Part shown: positions 40,266 to 50,288 of the stretch, piece after piece
Position numbering within the stretch: the first letter of the stretch is position 1
How the letters are laid out: each line of letters starts with the position of its first letter
Assembly (NCBI GenBank): GCA_965226375.1
Contig: CBDDCX010000005.1
Location: 192,001-256,000 of the forward strand
DNA length: 64,000 nucleotides
Source of the DNA: Longimicrobiales bacterium
Lineage (GTDB): Bacteria; Gemmatimonadota; Gemmatimonadetes; Longimicrobiales; Gaopeijiaceae
Direction of reading: 5' to 3'
The notes under the pieces: generated by a model
Databases searched by the model: none
What the model was told of the DNA's origin: nothing
What the model saw: the letters and a program-made list of their open reading frames with translations, nothing else
Made by a program: the position numbers and the translations under genes

Positions 40266-40637
40266 CTACCGCGTAGAGACCTCTACGACCCGCACGTTCG
40301 CCGACCCGGCGGTGACCGCAACGCCCACTATGCGCGCATCGACGATGGCATCGCCTACGGCACGGGCCGTCACGAGTCCGTTGGCATCGACGGTGACCAC
40401 CGGTTCGTTGAAGCTGCTCCACACAAAGCTGGCACCGCTGACGACTTGGCTATTCACGTCCCTTGCGGTCGCCTCCAATTGGACCGTGCTCCCGACCGTG
40501 ATGGTCGGGGTGGGGGGCGCAACCGTGATCACTACGACTCTCTGATCATCGATATCGGACGAGGAGCCACCTTCGCACGAGGCCAGGCTGATCAGTATCG
40601 CCGGCAGCAGCATTAGTCCCAGCTTGCCTACTTTCAC
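40266..40637 (-). CDS. Small Ig-like (Big_2) lipoprotein
   Basis: Lipobox LASC; TVQLEAT, WSS, VTVDANGLVTA. Confidence 0.75.
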   Translation of the reverse strand: MKVGKLGLMLLPAILISLASCEGGSSSDIDDQRVVVITVAPPTPTITVGSTVQLEATARDVNSQVVSGASFVWSSFNEPVVTVDANGLVTARAVGDAIVDARIVGVAVTAGSANVRVVEVSTR

Positions 40638-40821
40638 GGAACACGTCTCCTGATGGTAGGGTTGGTGTGGGGCCCTCACGTGGACCAAGCCCAAGTCTAG
40701 CCGAAACGCTCCCTTGGACGCTAGTGGGCCGGCCGTCCCAGCGATGCGACGTCGGGATCTCAATGCATGATTCCCGTTCGACGCTTAGCCGGCCCCTGAC
40801 CGCATTGTACGGAAGGCCGTT

Positions 40822-43488
40822 CTATTCGTTACGAAGGGCTTGGACCGGGTCGAGCCTGCTCGCTCTGAGGGCCGGTAGATAGCTGGCGGCCAAGGCCACG
40901 GCCCCGAATAACGCCACAACCGAGCCGAGCGTTACCGGGTCCGTTCCACTGACGCCGAACAGCAGGCCCGTCATCACCCTTCCCAGGGCCACGGCTCCCA
41001 ATAGACCCACGGTTGCGCCCAGCGCAACAGGAACGAGGGCCTGACGGACCATTAGCGCACGTACCTGCCCACCCTCGGCGCCCAACGCCACGCGAAGTCC
41101 GATCTCTCGGGTTCTCTCCCCCACGGCGAAAGAGACTACGGCGAAGATCTCCACTGCGGCCAACGTGAGAGCGAAGGCGGCAAAGACCGAAAGGACGCCC
41201 GCCGCGATCCCTTGTGGCGCCGTGCTCAGGACCAGCACGTCGTTCAGCTTCTGGATCCGATAGATGGGTTGATCCGGGTCCATCGCCCTCACGGTCTCGC
41301 GGATAGCCGGAATAACGCTGAGTGGCTCCACCTCCGTGCGAACCAGCAGGAACATCTGGTTGGACCATCCGGGCATCTGCCGGTGGTTCGCGAACACCTC
41401 GGGCGCCGGTGCCCGAGCGATCCCCTGGTTGATCGTGTTCCCGACAACTCCCACGACCTCGAACCAGGGATCTTCCGAGTCGGCTCCTGAACGGATGCGC
41501 GATCCTATGGGGTCCCGACCGGGGAAGAGCAGTTCGGCCGCCGCATCGTTGATGACAGCCACCGGAGGCGAACCCTCCACGTCGAGGTCATTGAAGCTCC
41601 GGCCACGCTGGAGCGGAATGCCGAGTGCCCCGAAATAGCCTGGGCTCGCGAGCGTGGTCATCGTCATTGGCAGCTGGCCTTCTTCAACCACCTCCAATCC
41701 TTCGGCGGCGATTCGATTCCAAGCGAAGTTGATGGGCGGGAACTGAGCGCCTCGTCCTACGGCCTCGACGCCGGGGATGGCACCCACCCGCTCTTCCAAC
41801 TCTTGGAAGAACGCTCCGATGGCCGGTCCGTCGTACTCCTCCCAAGGCAGCGTGAGTCGCATGCTCACGACCTGGTCGGGCTGGAATCCCGTCTCTGCTG
41901 AGTTGAGGTGCATCACGGTGTTCACCAGGAGGCCGCCTCCCACGAGAAGGACCAGCGCAAGTGCCACCTCCACGACGACGAATGCTCTCTGGAGGCGCAG
42001 GCGGCGCACACCCGAAGTCGCCCCGGAGCCTTCGGCCTTGAGTACCTCCTGGATGTCGGACATGGAGTGCTGCAGGGCCGGGAAGAGCCCGAAGAGAATG
42101 CCGGCCGAGACGGAAACGACGGCCGAGAAGACGAGCACCCGTGTGCTCAGCTCGACCGCGCCCGCCAGGAAAGGCTGCCGGCTCGCGATGTCGGCCAGCG
42201 TAGTCGTGCCGAAGTAGGCCATACCAACGCCGAGGACACCTCCAACAAGAGCCAGTGCGACACTTTCCGTGAGGATCTGTCTGATCAGCCTGATGCGTCC
42301 GGCGCCGAGTGCGGTACGCACGGCCATCTCCCGTCGCCGGCCCGACGAGCGCGCCAGGATCAGGCTCGCGACGTTGGAGCAAACCAGCAGGAGGACGAAC
42401 CCCACGGCCCCCATCAGAACGAAGGCCGCGAGCTTGAAGGTGCGCACGTTGGCCTCGGTCCAGGTGAGGGCGCGCATGTGCCAACCCTCGTACTCCTCCA
42501 TCTCCGCCAGATACTCCTGCTCAACTCTTCGGGAGATGCCTTCTAGCTCGGTGTTGACCTCCGCCATGCTTGATCCGTCCCGCATGCGCGCCATGACCTG
42601 CCACTGCCGCCGCTGGCGGGGGATGGCTTCCGGGCCCACACCCATGGGAATCCACAGATCCATTCCGTAGATAATGGTGCGGGCTGGCATGATTCCCACG
42701 ACCGTATACGGATTGCCGTTCATGCCTATCGTATTGCCAACCATGTCGGGATCAGCTCCGAAGCGGGTCTCCCAGACCCGATGACTCAAGACGGCCACGC
42801 GATCTCCGCGCAGGGTCTCCTCCAGGGTCATGCCCCTGCCCATGAACGCCGGCAGGCGGATAGTCTCGAACGCGTCACCCCACCAGAAGCCAGTAAACAG
42901 GTTCTCCGTGACGTCGCCGAACGAGACCTGTCGATTCCCCATGTCCCACGCCACTACTTTCTCGAGGGTGCGAGCCTGATCCCGTATGTCGATGTACTCG
43001 GGTGGGGAGATGTGCTCGACGAAGCTGAGGTCTGTTCCAAGCTTGGGGAACTCCGTGCCCACGGCGATGGGCCGGTCGGCTTCGGGAAAGGGGTAGGGGT
43101 GGAGAATCAACCCGTCGACCACGCTGTAGATGATCGTGTTCGCCGCGATGCCCAAGGCCAGCGTGAGGATGACCAACGAAGCGAAGGCCGGGCTCTTCCG
43201 TACCCCGCGAAGGGCAAAGCGAAGGTCGTGAAGGAACGTGGACATCATGCCGTCTCCCATCTTCCCCGAGTGGCGGTTTTCTGCGGCCCGATGGGCTCGT
43301 TGTAGGAGCGTGGGGCCGAGTGACTTGATGACTTGGGCGCGGTACCACATACGAGCCTCGAACAGGCTCCGCTCACCCAGAACGTGGTCGTGGAACTCTT
43401 CGTCGAGATCCCCCACCATCGCATCGCCATGCACGCTGCCGGCGCACTGACGGAGGACCCAGCGGGCAATCGGTGGGGGATATTTCAC
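40822..43488 (-). CDS. ADOP-type (MacB/FtsX duplicated) ABC permease
   Basis: PPPIARWVL..GDLDEEF N-terminus, LALGIAANT, REIGLRVALGA, DPVQALRNE; GTG overlaps the padR stop. Confidence 0.9.
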   Translation of the reverse strand: MKYPPPIARWVLRQCAGSVHGDAMVGDLDEEFHDHVLGERSLFEARMWYRAQVIKSLGPTLLQRAHRAAENRHSGKMGDGMMSTFLHDLRFALRGVRKSPAFASLVILTLALGIAANTIIYSVVDGLILHPYPFPEADRPIAVGTEFPKLGTDLSFVEHISPPEYIDIRDQARTLEKVVAWDMGNRQVSFGDVTENLFTGFWWGDAFETIRLPAFMGRGMTLEETLRGDRVAVLSHRVWETRFGADPDMVGNTIGMNGNPYTVVGIMPARTIIYGMDLWIPMGVGPEAIPRQRRQWQVMARMRDGSSMAEVNTELEGISRRVEQEYLAEMEEYEGWHMRALTWTEANVRTFKLAAFVLMGAVGFVLLLVCSNVASLILARSSGRRREMAVRTALGAGRIRLIRQILTESVALALVGGVLGVGMAYFGTTTLADIASRQPFLAGAVELSTRVLVFSAVVSVSAGILFGLFPALQHSMSDIQEVLKAEGSGATSGVRRLRLQRAFVVVEVALALVLLVGGGLLVNTVMHLNSAETGFQPDQVVSMRLTLPWEEYDGPAIGAFFQELEERVGAIPGVEAVGRGAQFPPINFAWNRIAAEGLEVVEEGQLPMTMTTLASPGYFGALGIPLQRGRSFNDLDVEGSPPVAVINDAAAELLFPGRDPIGSRIRSGADSEDPWFEVVGVVGNTINQGIARAPAPEVFANHRQMPGWSNQMFLLVRTEVEPLSVIPAIRETVRAMDPDQPIYRIQKLNDVLVLSTAPQGIAAGVLSVFAAFALTLAAVEIFAVVSFAVGERTREIGLRVALGAEGGQVRALMVRQALVPVALGATVGLLGAVALGRVMTGLLFGVSGTDPVTLGSVVALFGAVALAASYLPALRASRLDPVQALRNE

Positions 43489-43823
43489 GGTGCTCTCGAT
43501 TCCCCGGCAATCTCCACGCCGTCCCACATACGGTCGAGCATGCCTCGAGATCGTAGGAGCGCGTCGCCTCCCTCCGGTCGGAGCTCGAAATGGCGGCGCG
43601 ATCTTCCGCCACGTACGGGCGTGACGTCTCCCTCCCACGATGTCAGGTAGCCCTTCTTCTCCAACCGTTCCAGCGTGGCGTAGATGGCACCTATGGAGAC
43701 GCCTCGGCCTGTTCGTTTCTCGATCTCGCGGCGGATCGACATGCCGTAGCCGTGGTCCTTCAGACGCCGCACCGCAAGCAGGACCACCGGCTCGAACTCT
43801 CCGAGGAACGTCCCTTTGCTCAT
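43485..43823 (-). CDS. PadR-family transcriptional regulator
   Basis: LGEFE, YGMSI, GAIYATLERLEKKG, RGGRSRR. Confidence 0.92.
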   Translation of the reverse strand: MSKGTFLGEFEPVVLLAVRRLKDHGYGMSIRREIEKRTGRGVSIGAIYATLERLEKKGYLTSWEGDVTPVRGGRSRRHFELRPEGGDALLRSRGMLDRMWDGVEIAGESRAP

Positions 43824-44033
43824 GTCTGACCCTGGTACAGGTGGCGCCCCCTTGATCGAGGGCCGTGCTCAATACATGTCCTACAAACTAGAACTAATCC
43901 AGAAAAAAGAACTCCCCCTGTGGGATAGGACGCGGAAACGACCGAAGGGGTTTCAGGACCGCAGATGCAGGGTCAGAATTCAACGTCCGTTTTCCGGTGG
44001 AAACCCGGATGGGGATATCTCAGATTGTCAGTC

Positions 44034-45095
44034 ATGAATACACATACGCTACCCGGCCGCGGCGAGATGATTGCCGCCTTCCTGTCACGAGACGGGTCCT
44101 ACGACGGCGTGTTCTTCACCGGCGTGCGCACCACGGGCATCTTCTGCCGCCCAACCTGCTCCGCCAAAAAACCACGCAAGGAGCACGTCGACTTCTATCC
44201 CACGACTCGGGAAGCCCTCCTCGCGGGATTCCGTCCGTGCAAGCGGTGCCGGCCGATGGAGCCGTCGGGGTCGTTGCCGGACTGGCTCGACACTCTCATG
44301 AAGGACTTCGAAGCCGAGCCCGAGCGGCGCTGGACCGATCGGGATCTTCGTAGTCTCGGGCTCAGCCCCGAACGGGTTCGCAGGTGGTTCCAATCGAACC
44401 ACGGGATGACGTTTCATGCGTACTCACGGGTGCGCCGGCTAGGCTTGGCCTTGGGTCAGATCCAGCAGGGATCGGGCGTCAGTCGAGCCGCCTTCAGCAC
44501 GGGCTACGAGTCCTTGAGTGGATTCAACGAAGCCTTCAAGCGCTTCGTGGGACAGGCACCCCGGGACGTGAAGAGCTCGACAGTCGTGACCGTGAACCGC
44601 ATCCCCACACCCTTGGGCCCCATGGTCGCCGGGGCTGTCGACGACGCTCTCTGCCTGCTGGAGTTCGCGGACAGGCGCATGCTCGAGACCCAGCTCGTGC
44701 GGCTGCAGAAGCACCTGGACTGTGTGTTCGTTCCGGGCACGAGCGACGTCTTCGATCGGCTGGCGTATGAGCTGAACGCCTACTTCAGGGGCGAGCACAC
44801 GGAGTTCAGCGTCTCCCTGGTCACTCCGGGTACGCCCTTCCAGCAGCAAGTGTGGGCCAGCCTCCGGGCCATCCCCGCCGGCACCACCAGGAGCTACGGC
44901 GAGATCGCGAGAGAGATCGGTCGGCCCACCGCCGTCCGGGCCGTGGCCCGTGCGAACGGCGACAATCGAATCGCCATCCTCATTCCGTGCCATCGTGTGA
45001 TCGGCGCGGACGGAAAACTCACCGGGTATGGCGGCGGGCTCTGGAGAAAGCAGAGGCTATTGGACGTGGAGGCGGGGCCCGACTGGGAGTCCTGA
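44034..45095 (+). CDS. ada: Bifunctional Ada regulator / O6-methylguanine-DNA methyltransferase
   Basis: TTGIFCRPTC..FRPCKRC Zn domain, AraC HTH, IPCHRV active site. Confidence 0.92.
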   Translation: MNTHTLPGRGEMIAAFLSRDGSYDGVFFTGVRTTGIFCRPTCSAKKPRKEHVDFYPTTREALLAGFRPCKRCRPMEPSGSLPDWLDTLMKDFEAEPERRWTDRDLRSLGLSPERVRRWFQSNHGMTFHAYSRVRRLGLALGQIQQGSGVSRAAFSTGYESLSGFNEAFKRFVGQAPRDVKSSTVVTVNRIPTPLGPMVAGAVDDALCLLEFADRRMLETQLVRLQKHLDCVFVPGTSDVFDRLAYELNAYFRGEHTEFSVSLVTPGTPFQQQVWASLRAIPAGTTRSYGEIAREIGRPTAVRAVARANGDNRIAILIPCHRVIGADGKLTGYGGGLWRKQRLLDVEAGPDWES

Positions 45096-45100
45096 CGGAA

Positions 45101-45134
45101 AGCCCGGCTCGACAGATTGGCGTCGAGCCGGGCT
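45101..45134. terminator. 13-bp perfect hairpin after ada
   Basis: AGCCCGGCTCGAC-N8-GTCGAGCCGGGCT, no U-tract. Confidence 0.45.
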
Positions 45135-45318
45135 AACCGTGGTGCTTCAAGCCTCCGCGCTCGGTAAAGGCCCCAGCCTGAGGTGGGGTCCAGCATAGTC
45201 GATGCCCGCCCCACGCGAGGCGAGGATGTCCGCTCCCACCCTGAGGTCAAGTGACGTCGGGGGGCGTATGTTGGGATCCGGCATTTTATCCAACCACCCC
45301 GCTTGGAGGCCACCCGCC

Positions 45319-46965
45319 ATGGATCTTCCCACCCTCAGTCCCCAGACAGTCAAGGTCGCGACCTGGAGCGAGCTAGAGGACAGGCAGCCCGCGTACGCCC
45401 TGGTCGAGAACGTCGATCTGGTGGTCATCCGTTACGATGACGCCGTTTCCGTGCTGTACGGCCGCTGCCTTCACCGCGGCGCTCTTCTCTCCGACGGACA
45501 CATCCGTGGGGAGAGCCTCATCTGCGGGGTGCACAATTGGGACTATCGCTACGACACGGGTGTGAGCGAGTACAACAACGAGGAGGTGCTCCACAAGTTC
45601 GGTTCGTGGATCGACACCGAGCAGGACGCGGTTTTCGTGAGTGGCGACGAGGTTCGCGAATGGGAAGCGACGAACGTCCAGCCTTATCGCCGTGACGAGT
45701 ATCTCGGCCTGTACGCCGATGTCCACGGCACTCCTGTGGAGCCCCACAACGGATACATCCAGAGGCTCGCCAAAGGCGGCATCGAGGGTGTGGGCCACCA
45801 CGGGGTCGTGTCCGCCATGGGGGTTCCCCTCACGGAGCTGCCGCGCTGGGACGACGTCCAGATTCTGACTGCACAGTTGGCCACCCGGCCCCTGGTTGAC
45901 GAAGATCCCGTGGGTACCGATGTGGTCATCGGCCCTATGGCCGGGAAGCCTCTACGCCTGGCGATGCCCATGTTCGTGAGCGACATGAGCTATGGGTCTC
46001 TCTCGGAGGAGGCCAAGGTCGCGCTGGCAACCGGCGCCGAGATGGCGGGCACGGGCATCTGCTCCGGAGAGGGCGGCATGCTCCCCGAGGAGCAGGCGGC
46101 GAACTCCCGGTACTTCTACGAGTTGGCGTCGGCTCGCTTCGGATGGAGCCTGGACAAAGCGTGCTCTGCGCAGGCCTTCCACTTCAAGGGAGGGCAGGGA
46201 GCCAAGACCGGAACGGGTGGGCACCTGCCTGGGCACAAGGTGATGGGCAAGATCGCTGAGGTCCGAGGCCTGGAAGAGGGCGTGCCGGCCATCTCTCCAT
46301 CGCGCTTTCCCGATCTCGTGACCCCGAGCGACTTTCGGGAGATGGCGGATCAGATCCGAGAACGAACGGGGGGTATTCCCATCGGCTTCAAGATGTCCGC
46401 GCAGCACATCGAGGCCGACCTCGACTTCGGGCTCGAGGTGGGTATGGACTACGTCATTCTCGATGGCCGGGGCGGTGCCACCGGTGCGGCTCCCGAGATC
46501 TTCAAGAACAACATCTCGGTGCCCACCATGGTGGCGCTGGCACGTGCCCGCCGGCATCTGGACTCGGTCGGAGCCGACGGCGTCACTCTCATCATCACCG
46601 GGGGCCTTCGAACGGAGTCGGACTTTATCAAGGCGCTGGCTCTCGGCGCCGACGCCGTGGCGATCGCCAACTCCGCGATCCAGGCCATCGGCTGCCTCGG
46701 AATGCGCGCCTGCCACACCAACAACTGCCCCGTGGGTATCGCCACCCAGAAGAAGAACCTCAGGTCGCGCCTCATCGTGGAGGAGTCGGCGCGGCGGCTT
46801 GCCAACTACCTCACGGCTTCGACGGAGCTCATGAAGGTCTTGGCACGAGCCTGCGGGAAGAACCATGTGTCAGAGATGAGACTGGGCTATCTCACCACGT
46901 GGAAGCGGAACGTGGCCGAGCTCACAGGGATTCCCTTTGGCGGAGTGACTCCACCTTCGGAGTGA
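45319..46965 (+). CDS. Rieske [2Fe-2S] domain fused to an FMN-binding glutamate-synthase-like domain
   Basis: CLH...CGVH Rieske motif; MSYGSLS, SGEGG, GQGAKTG.GGHLPG, CLGMRACHTNNCPVGIATQ. Confidence 0.88.
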   Translation: MDLPTLSPQTVKVATWSELEDRQPAYALVENVDLVVIRYDDAVSVLYGRCLHRGALLSDGHIRGESLICGVHNWDYRYDTGVSEYNNEEVLHKFGSWIDTEQDAVFVSGDEVREWEATNVQPYRRDEYLGLYADVHGTPVEPHNGYIQRLAKGGIEGVGHHGVVSAMGVPLTELPRWDDVQILTAQLATRPLVDEDPVGTDVVIGPMAGKPLRLAMPMFVSDMSYGSLSEEAKVALATGAEMAGTGICSGEGGMLPEEQAANSRYFYELASARFGWSLDKACSAQAFHFKGGQGAKTGTGGHLPGHKVMGKIAEVRGLEEGVPAISPSRFPDLVTPSDFREMADQIRERTGGIPIGFKMSAQHIEADLDFGLEVGMDYVILDGRGGATGAAPEIFKNNISVPTMVALARARRHLDSVGADGVTLIITGGLRTESDFIKALALGADAVAIANSAIQAIGCLGMRACHTNNCPVGIATQKKNLRSRLIVEESARRLANYLTASTELMKVLARACGKNHVSEMRLGYLTTWKRNVAELTGIPFGGVTPPSE

Positions 46966-47006
46966 CCCCGGCTGTCGGAGTAATCCTACTTCGGCGAGGC
47001 GCACGG

Positions 47007-47870
47007 ATGAAGCTCGAAGCCGTTCCCTGGAAAAAGCTGGGTGGGGTCGATCCCGATGATCTGGCATTGGCGCGGGTCGAGCTTCACGGCTCGGTGCAGC
47101 CCCTCGCGTCCTTCGGGCAGGCCTACGTTGAGCCTAGCCCGGACTACAGCCATCGCAGCATGACCTGGAATGCGGAGGAGTCGGCCTTTTTCTCCGAGCC
47201 GACGGGAGGCTCATCGCCGTTGCGAGTGGCTTTGAGGCCCCGAGACGTGACCCTGTCCATCCGGGTAGGAGGTGTTGTCGCCGCTGAGCGCTCGTTGGTG
47301 GGTGGCACGCTGGAGGAGACCTACCGTTGGCTCGAGGACGAGTTGCACGCGATTCAGGGGGGGCCGCGCGTGGAGCTCGGCCGTCGCGAGAACGTGACTC
47401 CGCCCGGTCCGGTGGCCTACGGAGCCCCGTTCTCCGGTGTCTCGGAGGATCAGTTGCTCGAACTCGAAGCGTGGTTTGGCAATGCCGAGGCGATCCTGGG
47501 GGCGGTGCGGTCGGTCCGACCCGAAGCGACACCGGTGCGATGTTGGCCTCACCACTTCGACATCGCTACGCTCCTGATTCTCGATCGGCAACTCGGTACG
47601 GAGGTCGGCCGTAGCGTGGGCGTGGGGCTGTCTCCGGGCGACGAGGGGTTTCCGGCGCCCTACTTGTACGTCACGCCCTACCCCTATCCGGATGCCGTCG
47701 ATCTGCCGCAGTTGCCGGGTGGGGCACATTGGCATCGCGAGGGTTGGGTTGGCGCCGTCATGACTGCCAATGCTCTCATCGCGGCGGGCGGAGCGGCGGA
47801 TCAGGAAGAGGCTTGTCGCTCGTTCCTCGAGACCGGGATCGGTGCGTCCGAGGGGCTGCTCGCCGAATAA
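47007..47870 (+). CDS. Hypothetical protein (DUF5996-like)
   Basis: PVRCWPHHFDIA, GLSPGD, PYLYVTPYP. Confidence 0.65.
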   Translation: MKLEAVPWKKLGGVDPDDLALARVELHGSVQPLASFGQAYVEPSPDYSHRSMTWNAEESAFFSEPTGGSSPLRVALRPRDVTLSIRVGGVVAAERSLVGGTLEETYRWLEDELHAIQGGPRVELGRRENVTPPGPVAYGAPFSGVSEDQLLELEAWFGNAEAILGAVRSVRPEATPVRCWPHHFDIATLLILDRQLGTEVGRSVGVGLSPGDEGFPAPYLYVTPYPYPDAVDLPQLPGGAHWHREGWVGAVMTANALIAAGGAADQEEACRSFLETGIGASEGLLAE

Positions 47871-47882
47871 CCGAACCGAGTA

Positions 47883-49166
47883 TCAGGACCGGGCTCTCTT
47901 GAGCACCGATCGAATACGGGTCACGAGCTGTAGCGGATCGACCGGCTTTCGCAGGTAGTCATCGGCCCCGGCCTTCATGAGGCGCTTTTCGTCCTCGGGG
48001 TCCGGTGACCCTGTGAGGATCACCACCGGCAGCGCCGACGTCTTCATCGACTTCCGAATGCGCTCGAGGGTCTCCAACCCGTCCATGCTCTTCATCATCA
48101 GGTCGAGGAGGATGCCGTCGATGTCCTCGGCTTGCTGAAGGAAGGGGATGGCCGAGGTGCCATCATCGGTCTCGGTCACCACGAACCCGTTCTTCTCCAG
48201 GACCGTCCGCATGAGCATGCGACCGCCGGCATCGTCGTCGACGATGAGGATGTGCCCTTCGTTAGTTGCCGTGGTCGGCTGCCAGTCTCGCTTCTTGGGC
48301 GTGGAGGGTGCCGGCGCACCGTCTCTCTTGAGCTCCAGCACGAGGTGCCCGGCGGCCGACGGTACCGTATGAACCAACAGCTCGTACTTCGCATCGGAGA
48401 TGAGAAGGGGGATGGTCCCGGACTGCCGTTCGGTCCCGCTGTGCGGGAGGTCCGCAAGCGTGCGCAGCCGATCCACGACGTCCGCCATGATCTTTAGCGG
48501 GACGCGAACAAAGGTCTTGAGTTCGCCGTTCAACTCGAACTGCACTCGTCCCACACTACCGCGGGGCGCTACGTGAATCTCGGTCGCGCCTTGCTTGGAC
48601 GCTTCGTAAAGGATCAATCGCTGCACCTTTACGGTCGCTTCGGCATGGTAGGGGATCGTGCCCTCGAAGTCGGGGTCGAGCTGTACCTGGCTGTGCGCCT
48701 CGTCGAGCTGATCACCGCCGATGGTCTCCCGAGCGCTGACCTTGGCCTGAGAGTACGCCTTCTCCCGAGCGTCGGAGAGTTCTTCGGGCGGGGCCACCTC
48801 GAACACCGTGCGGCGGCTGGAGAGGAACCCCACTTCACGCTCCGCCTCGAAGTCCAGCGGATCGGAGGTGGCCACCACCAACTCGCGATCGGTGACCCGG
48901 AGGGGGAAGACCTTCAGTCGCTCCGCCTGCTCCTTCGGAAGGAACGAGAGGGCCGACGGATCGGCGGCGGACAAGTCCGCCATGGACAGACGAAGAGCCT
49001 CACCAACACCCTCTGCGAGCTTGTCCTGGGAGATTCCCAGGAAGTCGGCCACCCAGGGCCAGGCTCTGTCGACCGGAGTATCGTCGGCCACGCCTGAATC
49101 CATGGCGTCTCCGAGCCCCGCTCGCATCGCGATCGTTGCGAGCCAATGAACCGAGTGGTCACTCAA
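47883..49166 (-). CDS. PilB/GspE N-terminal domains fused to a receiver domain, no ATPase
   Basis: FPLRVTDRELVVATSDPLD (T2SSE_N-like), GATEIHVAP, then ILIVDDD..LLDLMM..ILTGS..LRKP; TTG 49166 after GGAGGG. Confidence 0.8.
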   Translation of the reverse strand: MSDHSVHWLATIAMRAGLGDAMDSGVADDTPVDRAWPWVADFLGISQDKLAEGVGEALRLSMADLSAADPSALSFLPKEQAERLKVFPLRVTDRELVVATSDPLDFEAEREVGFLSSRRTVFEVAPPEELSDAREKAYSQAKVSARETIGGDQLDEAHSQVQLDPDFEGTIPYHAEATVKVQRLILYEASKQGATEIHVAPRGSVGRVQFELNGELKTFVRVPLKIMADVVDRLRTLADLPHSGTERQSGTIPLLISDAKYELLVHTVPSAAGHLVLELKRDGAPAPSTPKKRDWQPTTATNEGHILIVDDDAGGRMLMRTVLEKNGFVVTETDDGTSAIPFLQQAEDIDGILLDLMMKSMDGLETLERIRKSMKTSALPVVILTGSPDPEDEKRLMKAGADDYLRKPVDPLQLVTRIRSVLKRARS

Positions 49167-49212
49167 GAGGCGCCCTCCCCGTTTCTTCCATGCGTTGAAT
49201 GTTTTTGCGTGA

Positions 49213-50279
49213 AGGGGGTATTGCCTTAAGTCCACCGCCCACTACATGTTGTGGTCATGGCGGTTCCGGCTTCTCAGCTCCGTGGCGGCGTGGACTATCC
49301 CCGTACGCGGCTGGAGTTGGACGAGTTCTTCCCCGACGATGCGGCATGCCTGGAGTACGTGGAGGGTCTGCGCTGGCCGGAAGGGTTTGTGTGCGTGGGC
49401 TGTGGCGGGTTGGGAGAGGTCTGGCGAGCATCGCGGGGGCGTCTCGTCTGCCCACACTGTCGAAGGCAGACCTCGGTGCTGGCGGGAACCGTGTTCCACC
49501 GCACGCGCTCGCCCCTGCGTCTGTGGTTTCTCGCTGCCTGGGAGCTCACGAGCCAGAAATACGGAGCCAATGCTCTCGGGCTCCAGCGCGTGCTCGGACT
49601 GGGAAGCTACAAGACAGCGTGGGTCTGGCTCCACAAGCTCCGCCGGGCCATGGTCCGACCGGATCGCGACCAGCTGAGCGGCGTTGTGCAAGTGGACGAG
49701 AGCTATGTCGGGGGCGTGGAGGCTGGAGTGCGGGGCCGCGAGACGATCAAGAAGGCCATCGTCGCGATCGCCGCCGAGGTCGACGGACGCAAGATCGGGA
49801 GAATACGGCTGCGTTGGGTGCCCGACCTCTCCGCTCCGGTTCTGCGAGGCTTCGTCAAGGATAGCATCGCACCGGCAAGCACGGTGCATACCGACGGATG
49901 GCCAAGCTATCAGGGACTCGCCAAACTGGGCTTTCGCCACACGGTCACGAACCTCTCGACCTCCGGCGATCCCGCTCACGTGCTCATGTCGGCCGTACAT
50001 CGGGTGGCGTCTCTCCTCAAGCGCTGGGTCCTCGGAACCCTCCAAGGAGGGATCGCCCGCGAACACCTCCCCTACTATCTGGACGAGTTCACCTTTCGCT
50101 TCAACCGACGCACATCCCGGGCTCGCGGCCTGTTGTTCTACCGCTTGCTTGAGCAGGCTGTTCAGTGTGCTCCCACGCCAGCTTCGGCCCTTTACCTCGG
50201 CACCGGACGTGGGAAACGGCCCGCAGAGCCCCGGTAACCACTATATCTTGGGGTCGGTGGACTTAAGGGAATACCCCCT
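49213..50279 (+). mobile_element. IS1595-family element, copy 2 (1067 bp)
   Basis: Same TIRs as copy 1 except an AG left terminus; TSD TTGCGTGA at 49205-49212 and 50280-50287. Confidence 0.95.
49251..50237 (+). CDS. IS1595-family transposase
   Basis: Protein identical to 11929-12915. Confidence 0.95.
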   Translation: MVMAVPASQLRGGVDYPRTRLELDEFFPDDAACLEYVEGLRWPEGFVCVGCGGLGEVWRASRGRLVCPHCRRQTSVLAGTVFHRTRSPLRLWFLAAWELTSQKYGANALGLQRVLGLGSYKTAWVWLHKLRRAMVRPDRDQLSGVVQVDESYVGGVEAGVRGRETIKKAIVAIAAEVDGRKIGRIRLRWVPDLSAPVLRGFVKDSIAPASTVHTDGWPSYQGLAKLGFRHTVTNLSTSGDPAHVLMSAVHRVASLLKRWVLGTLQGGIAREHLPYYLDEFTFRFNRRTSRARGLLFYRLLEQAVQCAPTPASALYLGTGRGKRPAEPR

Positions 50280-50288
50280 TTGCGTGAA

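Noticed and set aside
40822..43872. 1016-aa ORF suggesting a PadR-permease fusion
   Set aside because: PadR is in a different frame; the permease starts at GTG 43488, overlapping the padR stop
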